A DNA stretch of 64,000 bases from Candidatus Obscuribacteraceae bacterium. Lineage in GTDB: Bacteria; Cyanobacteriota; Vampirovibrionia; Obscuribacterales; Obscuribacteraceae. The notes beneath the pieces were generated by a model. That model was not told the DNA's origin, searched no databases, and saw nothing but the letters and a program-made list of their open reading frames with translations. The stretch lies in contig JBGAHS010000001.1 of assembly GCA_044226015.1 (NCBI GenBank), forward strand, positions 1,184,001 through 1,248,000, in the 5' to 3' direction. This document shows, one piece after another, positions 1 to 9,965 of this stretch. Both the position numbers and the translations under genes were made by a program. Within the stretch, counting starts at the first letter, position 1, and every line of letters begins with the position of its first letter.

Positions 1-968
1 TTAGTTGCGATCACGATGCCACCACTCGTGTAAGTGGTAAATGCTGTGGTGTTGAGAGGAGTTCCTGTATCAACATCCTTAAGTGTAAAAGTCGTTCCAG
101 CTGGGACTGTATTGACTTTGTAACGCTTGAAATTGACTTCAATCATTCCGCCAACGCTTGCGATAAAAACTTCATCGTCTACGGCTAGCCCATGCGCAGC
201 CGAAGTGGTAAAGACACCAGGATTAGCTTTAGTTATTCCTGAAATGTTCTTTTGTCCGAAAGGATCATTCGTTCGGGCGTAGGTGCTTAAAGACCAGCTG
301 GTATGTCCCGATCTCGTCAGCTTGAAAGGCGCATATTTTTGGTGAGTGATGTAGATAGTATCTGCGCTCTGCGTAAGGTGCAGCTCGTTTAGATATAGCT
401 CTTCATAAGGCGTATCGATATTGTAGATCGTGTTAAATATGCCACCAGAGGTATAGGCATTGAATTGGGATGAATCAATATTTTGAAAGAATGGATTTTG
501 CAATTCAAAAGTGTTCGTAGTCACGTTGGCTACATGAAAGAATTGACCATTCAATTCCTTCATGCCGGCTACGTTCTGAATACATATTTCCTGTCCGTTG
601 GAAAGCCCATGGCTAGCCGAAGTAACAACAGCTGGGTTCGCTTTTGTAATTGCTGTTATGTTCTTTGTTGAAGAGTCCAAAATGGTTCCAAACTCACGAT
701 AGAATCGAATCTTTTTGTCAGTCAGCTCAAGCACATAAGTGTCTTTGTCACTGAACGTAAATGAAATGAGCCTGCCGGTCTGACAGCGACGAGTATTATG
801 GCAATGCTGAAAAGCATTTCTGTATTCAAGCCCGCCCTGTGCAAGAACAACGTAATTTTGGATTCTCTGATTTCCACGTTGATAAATCGGAAGATCAAGA
901 CGCGCATAAAGCTCAGGCGACAGTTCGCCACCTGAAACATTCAAAAGAACGGTGTTTCCTCTTCCCAT
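1..968 (-). CDS. Tail tubular protein B / nozzle (T7 gp12-like), N-terminal part; runs off the window and is absent from the ORF track
   Basis: Manual translation from ATG at 968 is open to base 1: MGRGNTVLLNVSGGELSPELYARLDL...GGLEYR...LTQSADTIYITHQKYAPFKLTR. GGELSP and QSADT..ITH motifs are typical of this family; lies directly downstream of tail tubular A. Confidence 0.8.
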   Translation of the reverse strand, partial: MGRGNTVLLNVSGGELSPELYARLDLPIYQRGNQRIQNYVVLAQGGLEYRNAFQHCHNTRRCQTGRLISFTFSDKDTYVLELTDKKIRFYREFGTILDSSTKNITAITKANPAVVTSASHGLSNGQEICIQNVAGMKELNGQFFHVANVTTNTFELQNPFFQNIDSSQFNAYTSGGIFNTIYNIDTPYEELYLNELHLTQSADTIYITHQKYAPFKLTRSGHTSWSLSTYARTNDPFGQKNISGITKANPGVFTTSAAHGLAVDDEVFIASVGGMIEVNFKRYKVNTVPAGTTFTLKDVDTGTPLNTTAFTTYTSGGIVIAT

Positions 969-976
969 TTTGAACC

Positions 977-1624
977 TCAGTAAAATCCAGCAACATTAGT
1001 CCAATTGGTGTAACCAAATTCGGCTTGATTTCGTGCGTCCTGGACAGCGGATTCCTCATGCTTGCGGAGAGCTTGCTCTTGTCCATCTACACCAACAGCA
1101 TCCTTCAATTCTTCGGTCAAAAGCTCGTTAAGTAATTGAACTTGTTTGTCCTGTCCAGTTATTCCCTTCGCAGCATCGAGCGCCAACCAGAGAGCAAATA
1201 CTTTTAACGCCAGTGGATCCCACATCGAAAGAAGTGTGATATCCGGAGTGTATGCAATCTGCAATGTGTCAGCCCCAGAGTTGTCGATTGCAATTACCTT
1301 TCGGTAATCAGGCTTCCCTTGATTCAACATTCGGAAATCAATGCGGTCTCCGAATCTTGGCTCACCCACTATCAGTAGTCTAAGAAAATCATCTGGCAAA
1401 GCGTAAGCATCCGAATAGCCCCAGGGAGGTGCTGTCGTTTTGTTGATTGCGGCCCAGGTCTCAGCGAAATTCCAAGGATATCGCCTGAGTACTTCACGAC
1501 GGCATTGGTCAAAACTGCCAACGATATTTTTTCCCGCAGGTGTCTCCGGTCGGTCTGGATTCGTGATTGGACGTTCTCCCAGGAAACCCAAAGCTCTATT
1601 GATCAGAGTCGTTTTGTCCATCAA
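977..1624 (-). CDS. Tail tubular protein A / adaptor (T7 gp11-like)
   Basis: INRALGFLGE, YPWNFA and YALPDDFLRL motifs; position after the capsid genes. Confidence 0.8.
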   Translation of the reverse strand: MMDKTTLINRALGFLGERPITNPDRPETPAGKNIVGSFDQCRREVLRRYPWNFAETWAAINKTTAPPWGYSDAYALPDDFLRLLIVGEPRFGDRIDFRMLNQGKPDYRKVIAIDNSGADTLQIAYTPDITLLSMWDPLALKVFALWLALDAAKGITGQDKQVQLLNELLTEELKDAVGVDGQEQALRKHEESAVQDARNQAEFGYTNWTNVAGFY

Positions 1625-1660
1625 CTAACACCCATAGTATTACTGGAACAAGTAGATTAT

Positions 1661-1694
1661 AAAGAACCCCCGCTTTTTTGGCGAGGGTTCTTTT
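1661..1694 (-). terminator. Intrinsic terminator-like hairpin after the capsid/decoration genes
   Basis: AAAGAACCC-CCGC...GCG-A-GGGTTCTTT inverted repeat between the head and tail genes. Confidence 0.6.
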
Positions 1695-1725
1695 GGTGGA
1701 TCAGGAGATTCGCAGTAAATGCAGT

Positions 1726-2253
1726 TTAGACAGCCATCATGTAGGTGGTTCTGGCAACGAGTGTTCCGCTGCCCGTGCTCTTGGTGGTTGCCTTTAACCC
1801 GATTCGATACTTCGCTCTTCGGGAAGTTTCACCGGCCGCCGGAAACGCTTTGTTAACGTGTCCGGCAAGTTCAAGAACTTTTTTGGTCACGTTCGCTACG
1901 CCAACTGCAGTCATAGCCTGACGAATAGGTGAGCCCGTTGGACCGGTCGGAAGACCTGCTACAGATGACATGTCCATCGCTGAGGCGAGCTGATTACCAG
2001 TTCCGATAACGTTACCCTTCTCATCGTACAGTCCTACGTCAAAGCTGGTACCACCTGTGATGGCGGCGCCTTCCAATGTGATTGATTCAAGCACTGCCTG
2101 ATCTGGCACTTCTGCAATAAGGTAGATAGAGCCATTGTTGTCGCCCGTTGCGATTGTGATAACACGTGCAACTTCAACCATGCGTGCGCCTGAAAACTCT
2201 ACAGCGGACTGTGGATGTCCGTAAGAATTTGCTGGTTCGTTAATTAAGGCCAT
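1726..2253 (-). CDS. Virion structural protein, probable capsid decoration/cement protein
   Basis: 175 aa, Gly/Ala/Thr-rich and beta-rich, immediately downstream of the capsid gene, AGGAG RBS. Confidence 0.55.
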   Translation of the reverse strand: MALINEPANSYGHPQSAVEFSGARMVEVARVITIATGDNNGSIYLIAEVPDQAVLESITLEGAAITGGTSFDVGLYDEKGNVIGTGNQLASAMDMSSVAGLPTGPTGSPIRQAMTAVGVANVTKKVLELAGHVNKAFPAAGETSRRAKYRIGLKATTKSTGSGTLVARTTYMMAV

Positions 2254-2301
2254 TTGTAAAACTCCTTTTAGTGATTAGAGAAAAGAGAGAACGAGAGCCG
2301 C

Positions 2302-3204
2302 TTATGCAGCGACTCTGATCTTCTGGACTCTAGCGCCTTCGGCTCTGAGTGCACACACAGCCATTTCAGCTACGATTTGTGTTGGAGTATTGAACATATC
2401 AGGACGCTTTTCGATTCTGATTGAAACAATACCTTTTGCGAAAACGATGCCGTTTTCTGCGAGAGCCAAGAGCTGACGCTCTCCAGCTGCTGCTACGAGA
2501 AGAGGGTCTTGGCTGGCTGAAGCGTAAGGAACAAGCTTGGTTCCGTATGCTTGACCCATGGTGCCTTTAACCAGCGGCTTCTCCGTGTTATAGTCAAAGC
2601 TGGTGAGCTGAGTTTCGCCCATGAGATTGTTCATGCGCTTGCCGTCAACTGTCAAAGCTACGTTCACTTCAACGTCAGTGGCAACTGCTGCATCCACGAA
2701 GTTTTGCTTTATGGATCTCAGCGTGGAGAGACCGAACCCACCGGTAGCATCAATCGTTTGTCCGCCATCATTTGCGAATGTAACCGGTGTAGCAGATGCG
2801 CCAGACTTACCGACTCGCACGTCTGCGAATGCAGCTTCGTAGATGATTTTGTCACGTCTGCGCATCAAGGCGTTAACGCAACCTTCAGCCAATTCAGGAT
2901 TAGGATCTCTCTTGAGTTTTTCAAGATCCTTTCCATCAACGCCAACAGCAACTGCGAAGAAGCGAGGCGCCATCCATCTGCGATCCCATGCGGCATCGGT
3001 AAGCTGGATTGGCTTGAATCGTTCTACGATTTCTTGGTCTGCAAGCAAACCGAAGCGGTCATATGCAAAGTCTTCACCATTGAAGTCAACCATTTTGACA
3101 TAAGGGATCAACTTCGAAAATTTTTCTTGGGCGAGCACGTGAACTTGCTTGCCGAATTCAACTACGTACTGAGTATCAAGATTCTCATAAGGAACGGTAG
3201 ACAT
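2302..3204 (-). CDS. Major capsid protein
   Basis: 300 aa between scaffold and tail genes; VHVLAQEKFSKL, ALMRRRDKII, LTSFDYNTEKPLVKG and C-terminal ALRAEGARVQKI match podoviral capsid patterns. Confidence 0.85.
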   Translation of the reverse strand: MSTVPYENLDTQYVVEFGKQVHVLAQEKFSKLIPYVKMVDFNGEDFAYDRFGLLADQEIVERFKPIQLTDAAWDRRWMAPRFFAVAVGVDGKDLEKLKRDPNPELAEGCVNALMRRRDKIIYEAAFADVRVGKSGASATPVTFANDGGQTIDATGGFGLSTLRSIKQNFVDAAVATDVEVNVALTVDGKRMNNLMGETQLTSFDYNTEKPLVKGTMGQAYGTKLVPYASASQDPLLVAAAGERQLLALAENGIVFAKGIVSIRIEKRPDMFNTPTQIVAEMAVCALRAEGARVQKIRVAA

Positions 3205-3372
3205 AGCAAAAGTACCTCGAAAAAACGAGTGTGAATCGTGTTTTTCGAAGCACTCCCCGATATTTTTATTCGGATGCTTCTTGCGGGACTACCGCCATGA
3301 GATCCAGATCCAATTACGGGTTGTCTGATCTGCTATAACGAATAGCAAGCAAAAAATCTTTTGTCAAACGAT

Positions 3373-4278
3373 TTATTTTGAAAAGATTTGCGCGCCCTTT
3401 TCTTTCAACTGTTTCATTTCTTGTTGAGCTTGAAAATATTCAGGGCTTCCAGGTGCAGCTGCTCTCTGCTTGGCGAAGATTCGCGCATACTCATCTCCGT
3501 ACTCTGCGGAAGTCATGTGCTGACTTGCGCGGGGCACGCCTAAGTCTAGGCGATCTTCTCTGATATATTTTTTTGCAAAAGCTTCGTACTGCTCAGCAAG
3601 GATAACTTTCACTGATGGATCGAGACCCTGCAAGACGGCTGCCTGCTCTTTTGAGAGCAAGCTGTTTACGGAACCATTCCAGGTGTCGAGAACCTGGTTG
3701 CTCTTATCTCCAAATTTTTGTTTGAAGCCGTTTTCCAATGCGGACAAAGTTGAATTCACATTCTCAACAGATTTTTGTAGCTCACCCATGTAGTACTTAT
3801 CAAAGGCTTCAGCCATGATCTGAAATCCTTTTGGAGTCAAGCCAGCCTTCATTCCGGCTTCTCGCATTGCTGATAGCAATTGATCGTCTTGCGCAAAATA
3901 TTGCTTTAGATTTTCAGGTACTTCCGGCGCCTTATACTCATATTTGTCCGCGGACTCGGGCACCCCTATCGCCTTGTGGAAGGCTGACCATTCTTCTGGG
4001 GTTGCGTTGTCACCTGGCACTCTAAGACCTTCGGCTTTTCTGCCGACCAGACTCATTTGATTGTCATAAGCCTTGGCGAGTTCACCCCACGGATCAGCAG
4101 TCTTTGCGAAGTTTGAAACCCATTCTTTTTGCGAATAGGCTTCTGGAACGGATTGCAGAAATTTTGTTGCAGCTTCTGATTGCTGTTGCTGTGGAGCTGG
4201 GGGTGTTGGTTTGTCGATATCGACTCCATAACTAAATCCCGCAGTTGTAGCTGTTGGCGCTGCTGTACCTTCAGTCAT
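3373..4278 (-). CDS. Capsid scaffolding protein
   Basis: VPEAY..W, LAKAY, VPGDNATPEEWSAFHKAIGVPESADKY motif; located between portal and capsid. Confidence 0.8.
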   Translation of the reverse strand: MTEGTAAPTATTAGFSYGVDIDKPTPPAPQQQQSEAATKFLQSVPEAYSQKEWVSNFAKTADPWGELAKAYDNQMSLVGRKAEGLRVPGDNATPEEWSAFHKAIGVPESADKYEYKAPEVPENLKQYFAQDDQLLSAMREAGMKAGLTPKGFQIMAEAFDKYYMGELQKSVENVNSTLSALENGFKQKFGDKSNQVLDTWNGSVNSLLSKEQAAVLQGLDPSVKVILAEQYEAFAKKYIREDRLDLGVPRASQHMTSAEYGDEYARIFAKQRAAAPGSPEYFQAQQEMKQLKEKGAQIFSK

Positions 4279-4585
4279 AATCTAATTGAACCTCCTGCTG
4301 TTTTTGCATCATTTCGCGCAAGATTGAATCAGCTTGCAATTGATGCTCCCTAATCTCGTGGTGCTCGATCAAACTCAGTTTGTCGACCGGAATAAAGTTT
4401 CGGATTGTCAACCAAACATCTCTTCTTGCTGCGTCTTCTAAAGACATTGTTGACTTATTCCAGCCTGTCAGTCTGACTAGCCAGCGCAACAGAGTTATAC
4501 CAGCATCACTTTTAGAAACGGCTTCAAGAGTGTATTTCTTCTCCAAGTACTCGTCAGAGAGCGTGTTCTCATGCAACTGATCCAA
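4271..4585 (-). CDS. Small phage protein between portal and scaffold (Bbp19-like position)
   Basis: 104-aa ORF overlapping both neighbours; SDAGITLLRWL...RRDVWLTI. Confidence 0.6.
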   Translation of the reverse strand: MDQLHENTLSDEYLEKKYTLEAVSKSDAGITLLRWLVRLTGWNKSTMSLEDAARRDVWLTIRNFIPVDKLSLIEHHEIREHQLQADSILREMMQKQQEVQLDYD

Positions 4586-6293
4586 AATCTTTTACTCCCT
4601 TTGCTGCGTCTTTGAATGCAGCAGCCCCGGCAGAAGCTGCCTGCAATTGATTGACTTCTTGCGCCTGCTGAGACTGCGCTTGTCTCATTCTCTGAACTTC
4701 CGCAGGTGATTTCATTGTCTTCTGGCTTGCTCCGGACAAACGCTGATAGCCTCTTAGCGTCTCGTCGAAATTCATATTGTCCAAAACGTTCGGCTGTAAT
4801 TGAGCCAGACCGCCAGCGAAGCCTGTCAGTTTTTCTAGTCCCTGCGCTTCTTCAAGCTTCATAAGCCTAGCCGCTGGGCAGATGAAATTGATTCGATACC
4901 CTTTGAGTCCTGAAGAGCGTTTCGATATGAAATCTTGAGAAATATATTTTGGCTGCAGTCCTAGCATTTGCATTTGCATGTCTTGCTTGCTGCCACGAAT
5001 CACACCAAACATTCCCATTTGAAGCATGATGTTGAATGAACGATCCAGAAATGGACTAATCAATTCAAGCAGGATCCTAATCAATGGTGGCGCCGCCATG
5101 TACATTCTCAGCTCATTGCGAATATTGGCTTCGCCAAGTGTTTGCCTCGATCTGTTGTTCAAGTCACTCAACAGGTCGAGCATGAAGTATTGCATAACGT
5201 TGTCTCTGAGATCTGAGATACGTTGCTGCGCCCAGGACGGATTTGCCACCGTTATGATTGGCTCTATTGGCGCTCTACCATTTTGCAATCTTCCTGCATT
5301 GTGGACCGCAATCTGTGCGCCTGGATACCATGGGATTTTCCCTGCACCGAGAACATCTTCTGAAGAGACCATCTTTGGTGGATTGAGTCCCATCTCACCA
5401 GCCTTTTCAAAAATTTCTACAAGCTTATTTAGAGCGCGAATATCCGGCAATGCATCCATCGCGGGTGAGCGTCCTTGGATTTCTCCCTGGTTTTTCCAGA
5501 ATCGAAAAACGATGATCGGCATTTCGTCATAGCCAGATTCTTGCAAGAGCTGCTTTTGATCGATCTCGATGTGAATACTTGCAAATGCTGAATCTAAGTT
5601 GCCCAGCTTGAGTGGGTTTCGCTCTCTTCGTGGTTCGATTGCATGAAGTACTTTGACCTTCTCTTCGAACTTGCCACAATCATAAAGTTTTCGGGTTCGT
5701 TCACTGCAATTCTCATACCCGTAACGTTGAACGAGTTTGCCGACCGTGAAGAGCTTCTCCAAATAGACTGTGTCAATTTCGCCCTCATCATTTTCAGCAA
5801 AGCTCATTGTTTTTGCATCGACAGCCTTAGCTCTCACAGGCAAGCTGTAATCGCCTGTTTCGATACATGCCAGTGCCCCGGTGCCGAAGACAACTGCATC
5901 ATTAACCGCTTCAAGAATTGAAGGCATGACACTGGCTCGAGGTAGCGCTAAATTTGTTGGCATGACGTCATTGACGTTGAGCATCATTTCCCATGCATCG
6001 CTAAAGACTTCTTCGTCTTGGCTGATCTGCGGCATGAATTCAAATGACTCGAAAGGATTTGGCCAGATTTGTCCGAGGATAGATGATGCGGTCATGTGAG
6101 CTGCATGGATAGCCGTACTATCAAAAACCTGATTGAACAAAAACGGTCCGTCAGTTTGTTCCGACGTAAAGTATTGCTTGCGCAACAGAACATACTGAGC
6201 CAGCGCTTGATATAGCGGATACCAATGCTGCTTAGCCCGCTTCAAGGTTTCATGTCTGTCCAGTATGTTCTGTACGCGCTTTTCCATTAGCAT
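4569..6293 (-). CDS. Portal (head-tail connector) protein
   Basis: 574 aa; FDSTAIHA, VVFGTG, HAIEPR, ESGYDEMP, GRSPAMDALPDIRALN motifs of T7/BPP-1-like portals. Confidence 0.92.
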   Translation of the reverse strand: MLMEKRVQNILDRHETLKRAKQHWYPLYQALAQYVLLRKQYFTSEQTDGPFLFNQVFDSTAIHAAHMTASSILGQIWPNPFESFEFMPQISQDEEVFSDAWEMMLNVNDVMPTNLALPRASVMPSILEAVNDAVVFGTGALACIETGDYSLPVRAKAVDAKTMSFAENDEGEIDTVYLEKLFTVGKLVQRYGYENCSERTRKLYDCGKFEEKVKVLHAIEPRRERNPLKLGNLDSAFASIHIEIDQKQLLQESGYDEMPIIVFRFWKNQGEIQGRSPAMDALPDIRALNKLVEIFEKAGEMGLNPPKMVSSEDVLGAGKIPWYPGAQIAVHNAGRLQNGRAPIEPIITVANPSWAQQRISDLRDNVMQYFMLDLLSDLNNRSRQTLGEANIRNELRMYMAAPPLIRILLELISPFLDRSFNIMLQMGMFGVIRGSKQDMQMQMLGLQPKYISQDFISKRSSGLKGYRINFICPAARLMKLEEAQGLEKLTGFAGGLAQLQPNVLDNMNFDETLRGYQRLSGASQKTMKSPAEVQRMRQAQSQQAQEVNQLQAASAGAAAFKDAAKGVKDFGSVA

Positions 6294-6578
6294 TTACCCC
6301 GACAACTTTGTGCCGCTGAGAATTGGATTACCCAACAGACCATTAGCAGAAGTAAGCAGCGTGCCAAGCTTCACTGGGCGCCCGATTTGCTTTTTTATAC
6401 CAGCGTCAATTTGTTGCTGCTGCTGCTGAACGTTTGCAGCTGCCGATTGATTCTGTTGTGCAAGCTGAGCGCTGTATGCTGCTTGCTCAGACGCAAGTGC
6501 TTGCTGTTGCTGCAAGCGTTGCTGCATAAGCTGCATTTCAAACATACTGCTTGAAGGAGCGGGTGGCTTCTTGCTCAT
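6294..6578 (-). CDS. Small Gln-rich phage protein preceding the portal (T7 gp7.3-like position)
   Basis: 94 aa, MSKKPPAP...TLLTS..GLLG; abuts the portal gene. Confidence 0.55.
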   Translation of the reverse strand: MSKKPPAPSSSMFEMQLMQQRLQQQQALASEQAAYSAQLAQQNQSAAANVQQQQQQIDAGIKKQIGRPVKLGTLLTSANGLLGNPILSGTKLSG

Positions 6579-7141
6579 TGAAGAGCCTCCATTCTTGCTG
6601 CGGCGCCAGCACCACGTGGTCGAGGACCAGCAGCTACTGCCACCGGCTCTGGAGCACCTACGATAGTGATAACGTCATCGATCGCCATAATTTCTGCGCT
6701 AATCTTGAGCTGGCTACCCTTTTGCTGCTCAAGCTTGTTTTGCAGGTGTTGTTGACCTTTGGGATCGATTTCGTACAGGATGACTTCATTACGAAGCTCA
6801 TTCGGAGTGTAAAGAAGCGGATTGATAGGCATTCGCCTCTGACCGATATATTTCAAAAGATTGTCATGAGATAAGGCTTTTGGATTTTCGATAGCACTGC
6901 CGTCTAGCTCTCTTGCTTCGACCAGGTCATAGAAATACGTGTCGATCATGTCTGGATAGAGCTTTCTAAGCAGCTCTTTGTAATAAGTGGCGAAGAGTCC
7001 ATTCAGTCCTGGAGCGTCCAAACATTCGCGCTTCATCTTCACTTTCACGTGAAAAGGCTTGGTTATATTCTGATCGCGGATGCCGTCTGGATGCGGTGCG
7101 CGATAGGTGCCTTTGAATTCCGCGAGAATATAATCACTCAT
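6575..7141 (-). CDS. Hypothetical phage protein
   Basis: 188-aa ORF with GGAGG RBS, in the operon between terminase and portal. Confidence 0.7.
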   Translation of the reverse strand: MSDYILAEFKGTYRAPHPDGIRDQNITKPFHVKVKMKRECLDAPGLNGLFATYYKELLRKLYPDMIDTYFYDLVEARELDGSAIENPKALSHDNLLKYIGQRRMPINPLLYTPNELRNEVILYEIDPKGQQHLQNKLEQQKGSQLKISAEIMAIDDVITIVGAPEPVAVAAGPRPRGAGAAARMEALQ

Positions 7142-7222
7142 TACATGAACCTCCTAACAACCCTAATACGATCATGGCTAGTATTTTTACTACAGCCTAT
7201 AACAAGAGCTATCGCCTTGCAA

Positions 7223-8851
7223 CTAATTCCCGTAGGAGTAGAATTTAGAGTTCGGATCCCACTGTTGTTGCTGGGTTCCAGCCAGTTCTTGAAAAATATT
7301 CTCAGTCACAAGCATGCTCTCTCCACTCTGCTGGGTTGTATAACTCGCAGGTAGGATTAGCCTCTTGCTTTGAACTGGATGAGCAAACGTCAAAATCGAA
7401 GCGTCAAAAATGTCTGGTGATTTTCCGAGCTCCGCTTTGATCTCTTCCTTGCTCACCAACTTGAACTTGCCACCATCGGCTGCATATTCAAGATCGGGCA
7501 CCATTCTGATATCACGGAGAAACTCTTCTTTGTCTGGAACCCGCGCGACACCACCCATGGAGCTGGGTCCTTCTTCAATCCAGTCTTGGAAGTTCCCAGC
7601 CATTTCTGCACGCTTGTTGAAGTAAAGCATAGGATTATTTGGCTTTCCACCAAAGTGGACGCCAGTAATGTTGAAGAATCCTAGTGTGCGGATCAGGTGA
7701 TAAGTGCCATGACCATAACCCATGTCGATAAAGACATGGTCGACACCGAGCTTATGCACTCGGTCAAGAACAATGTTTGCAAGAGTAACGTCGTCCATTT
7801 TGTTAAAGACTTCGTAGTCTGTGATCACGTACCCTTGCCGGTAGACTAGCGCCGTTCTATCACCTTTGCCTGCCGGGTCTACGCCAAGAATCAAAGGGAG
7901 TGCCGGATTAGGAACGCTCTGGCTGTTGATTGCATTGAGCAAGACAACGGAATCGATTAGCTTTCCTTCTGCGCTACTAAAGGCTTCTTCGAAGGTAAGA
8001 GGGTACTCTCTCTGAAAAGCCGTGAGATTGCCGCGCATTTGATCATGGAGCTTGACGTGTCTCCAGTAGATTTGTTGCATGTCCAGCCCGTGTTCTTTCA
8101 TGAGCTGGACTTCTTCCGAATCAGGCACCCACTTTGGTGGAGGGGGAAGCCTGTATTCAGGCATCTCATTAAAACCGAAGAACGCTGTAAACCAGGAAGA
8201 CTTGGAATTCTTGTAGCCCTTCTTCGCTATCTCGTGGAAATAATTACCTTCACCGCCACTGGTGCTCTCCCCTATCATGATCGCACCTTCTTCAGCAGAA
8301 GCATGAGCTTGCATAGCGCCCTCTTGAACGTCCATGACATGGCGGTTCCTGAAACGACCCAACTCAGACAAATGCAAAATCAAACAAGGGAATCCGCGCC
8401 CGCTGTCTGTTCCAGCAGTGCCAACAGATATTTCAGAGTCATTCTTCCAAGAGATTTTGTAATCGTTGTTCTGGGTTGTTTCCATCTTCATTTCAGATGG
8501 CATCTTCTCTTGAAACCGTTTCAGGTTTTCGAAGACTTCAGTGGAGACTTTTGCCCTGTGGGTGAGAATGAGCGTCTTAAGACCCTCGATGTTATAACTC
8601 ATGTGAAACTCTGCCGAGTTAAACAAAGTCGTTGACATAATCTGACGTGGCTTCACCACAACGATATTGGCTCTCTTCCTCACTTCTAAGAGCTTTTGCA
8701 TGAGAAACAAAAGCCGAAGCTGAATGAGCGTAAAGCAGAGAGTCTTAAGCCCTGCGCCTTTAACGGTTATCTTGTAATGCTGATTCGCCACATGTGGCAG
8801 CGTCTTCAATGAATTCAGCATCAACTGTAATGTACTTGCCGAGCCGCTCAT
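7223..8851 (-). CDS. terL: Terminase large subunit (start may be the later ATG at 8821)
   Basis: KPRQIMSTT (Walker A variant), LHLSE (Walker B), ESTSGG, nuclease motifs LGVDPAGKGDRT and SPDIFDA. Confidence 0.92.
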   Translation of the reverse strand: MSGSASTLQLMLNSLKTLPHVANQHYKITVKGAGLKTLCFTLIQLRLLFLMQKLLEVRKRANIVVVKPRQIMSTTLFNSAEFHMSYNIEGLKTLILTHRAKVSTEVFENLKRFQEKMPSEMKMETTQNNDYKISWKNDSEISVGTAGTDSGRGFPCLILHLSELGRFRNRHVMDVQEGAMQAHASAEEGAIMIGESTSGGEGNYFHEIAKKGYKNSKSSWFTAFFGFNEMPEYRLPPPPKWVPDSEEVQLMKEHGLDMQQIYWRHVKLHDQMRGNLTAFQREYPLTFEEAFSSAEGKLIDSVVLLNAINSQSVPNPALPLILGVDPAGKGDRTALVYRQGYVITDYEVFNKMDDVTLANIVLDRVHKLGVDHVFIDMGYGHGTYHLIRTLGFFNITGVHFGGKPNNPMLYFNKRAEMAGNFQDWIEEGPSSMGGVARVPDKEEFLRDIRMVPDLEYAADGGKFKLVSKEEIKAELGKSPDIFDASILTFAHPVQSKRLILPASYTTQQSGESMLVTENIFQELAGTQQQQWDPNSKFYSYGN

Positions 8852-9227
8852 CTTCTATCTTCCTTGCTTCTTCAATTCGCAAATCAACATCTGTCTTTCT
8901 CTCTAGCAAGACTTCTTGAACGTCTTTGAGTGTATAAGAAATTTGTTCTGTCTTGACCTGGACGGTCGGCTTACCCCAGCCTCGATCAAGAATCTGCTTT
9001 GCGGCCTCCAGCCTGGTTGAAGGATCGACAAGTGGATTCTCCATGATTTTCATCATCACGTCGAAGGCTTCCTGCGTTTTCTCTTGGGCCAGCTTTTTGA
9101 TTGAGTACGGGTTTTTTGGAACCGGCTCCACTTTTGCAGGCAATGCGGGAGCAGACTCGATGAGTGCGTCAACCTGCTCCACGAGTTCGGGATTGAAAGC
9201 CGCAAAAATATCCAGCTCATCAGCCAT
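8760..9227 (-). CDS. Putative terminase small subunit
   Basis: RLEAAKQILDRGWGKP motif; directly upstream of terL. Confidence 0.7.
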   Translation of the reverse strand: MADELDIFAAFNPELVEQVDALIESAPALPAKVEPVPKNPYSIKKLAQEKTQEAFDVMMKIMENPLVDPSTRLEAAKQILDRGWGKPTVQVKTEQISYTLKDVQEVLLERKTDVDLRIEEARKIEDERLGKYITVDAEFIEDAATCGESALQDNR

Positions 9228-9504
9228 AGACTTCTACACCATCTTTCGGTTTCGGTGGTGCTATTGGACGGAGAGCCAGCACTGTCTTGAGTGCAGTAAG
9301 AAGATTCAGGACTCCAGCTTCTGGGATAGCGATCCCCTTTCGACCAGGCTTCCAAATGTTTTCTTTCTTGCAGAAAAACCAGTACCGTATGTGGAGGTAA
9401 GCTTCGCCTCTGAATTCTTCCCAATAGCAATAGAGCCTGCCAACTGATGATTCTGTCAGCAAAACTTTGTCGTCCATTACTAACCCCCATAGTACGAGTC
9501 GCAA
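9220..9504 (-). CDS. PC4/YdbC-family single-stranded DNA-binding protein
   Basis: EFRGEAYLHIRYWF...WKPGRKGIAI matches the PC4 signature. Confidence 0.8.
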   Translation of the reverse strand: MRLVLWGLVMDDKVLLTESSVGRLYCYWEEFRGEAYLHIRYWFFCKKENIWKPGRKGIAIPEAGVLNLLTALKTVLALRPIAPPKPKDGVEVYG

Positions 9505-9548
9505 TTATAAAATTGCATGGAGGCTTATTTGTTGTCAAACGAATCTTG

Positions 9549-9965
9549 CTAAGAGTTTGCCGGCGGGAATCCACAGTCCACAGGAGCGCCTAAGTGCTTA
9601 AACAAATCATCGCTCCTGCTCGAAAACGCTGACGCTCGTTCGTGCAGAATGGGAACACCAAGAATGGTAGAAGTTCCGTCAACAACGCTTGGAGTAATTA
9701 CATACTCATCTGTGTCTTTCTTCTCAACTAACAGCTTTTTGAAATCTTCGGGATGGATCAAAATAGCAACGTCTATTTGTCCTTGAGTAGCATTGCGAGA
9801 TACAGCAACATGCTTCACTCTTCCTTGCGGAATTATTCCTTGAGGAATTGAGTAAAAGAGGCTCTGAATCTTATCAAATATTCTCATTGAGCTGCACGCG
9901 GGTATCGGTTGCACAGGGCTGTCTGTCGAAGCACTAAGCATAGTATCACTGAAAACAAAAATCAA
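9549..9965 (-). CDS. Hypothetical phage protein (true start probably the internal ATG of MRIFDK)
   Basis: ORF track 138 aa, same strand as the late operon. Confidence 0.45.
   Translation of the reverse strand: MIFVFSDTMLSASTDSPVQPIPACSSMRIFDKIQSLFYSIPQGIIPQGRVKHVAVSRNATQGQIDVAILIHPEDFKKLLVEKKDTDEYVITPSVVDGTSTILGVPILHERASAFSSRSDDLFKHLGAPVDCGFPPANS

Noticed and set aside
2551..5921. Long plus-strand ORFs inside phage genes (e.g. 2551-3234, 5026-5532)
   Set aside because: Antisense shadows of well-supported minus-strand genes
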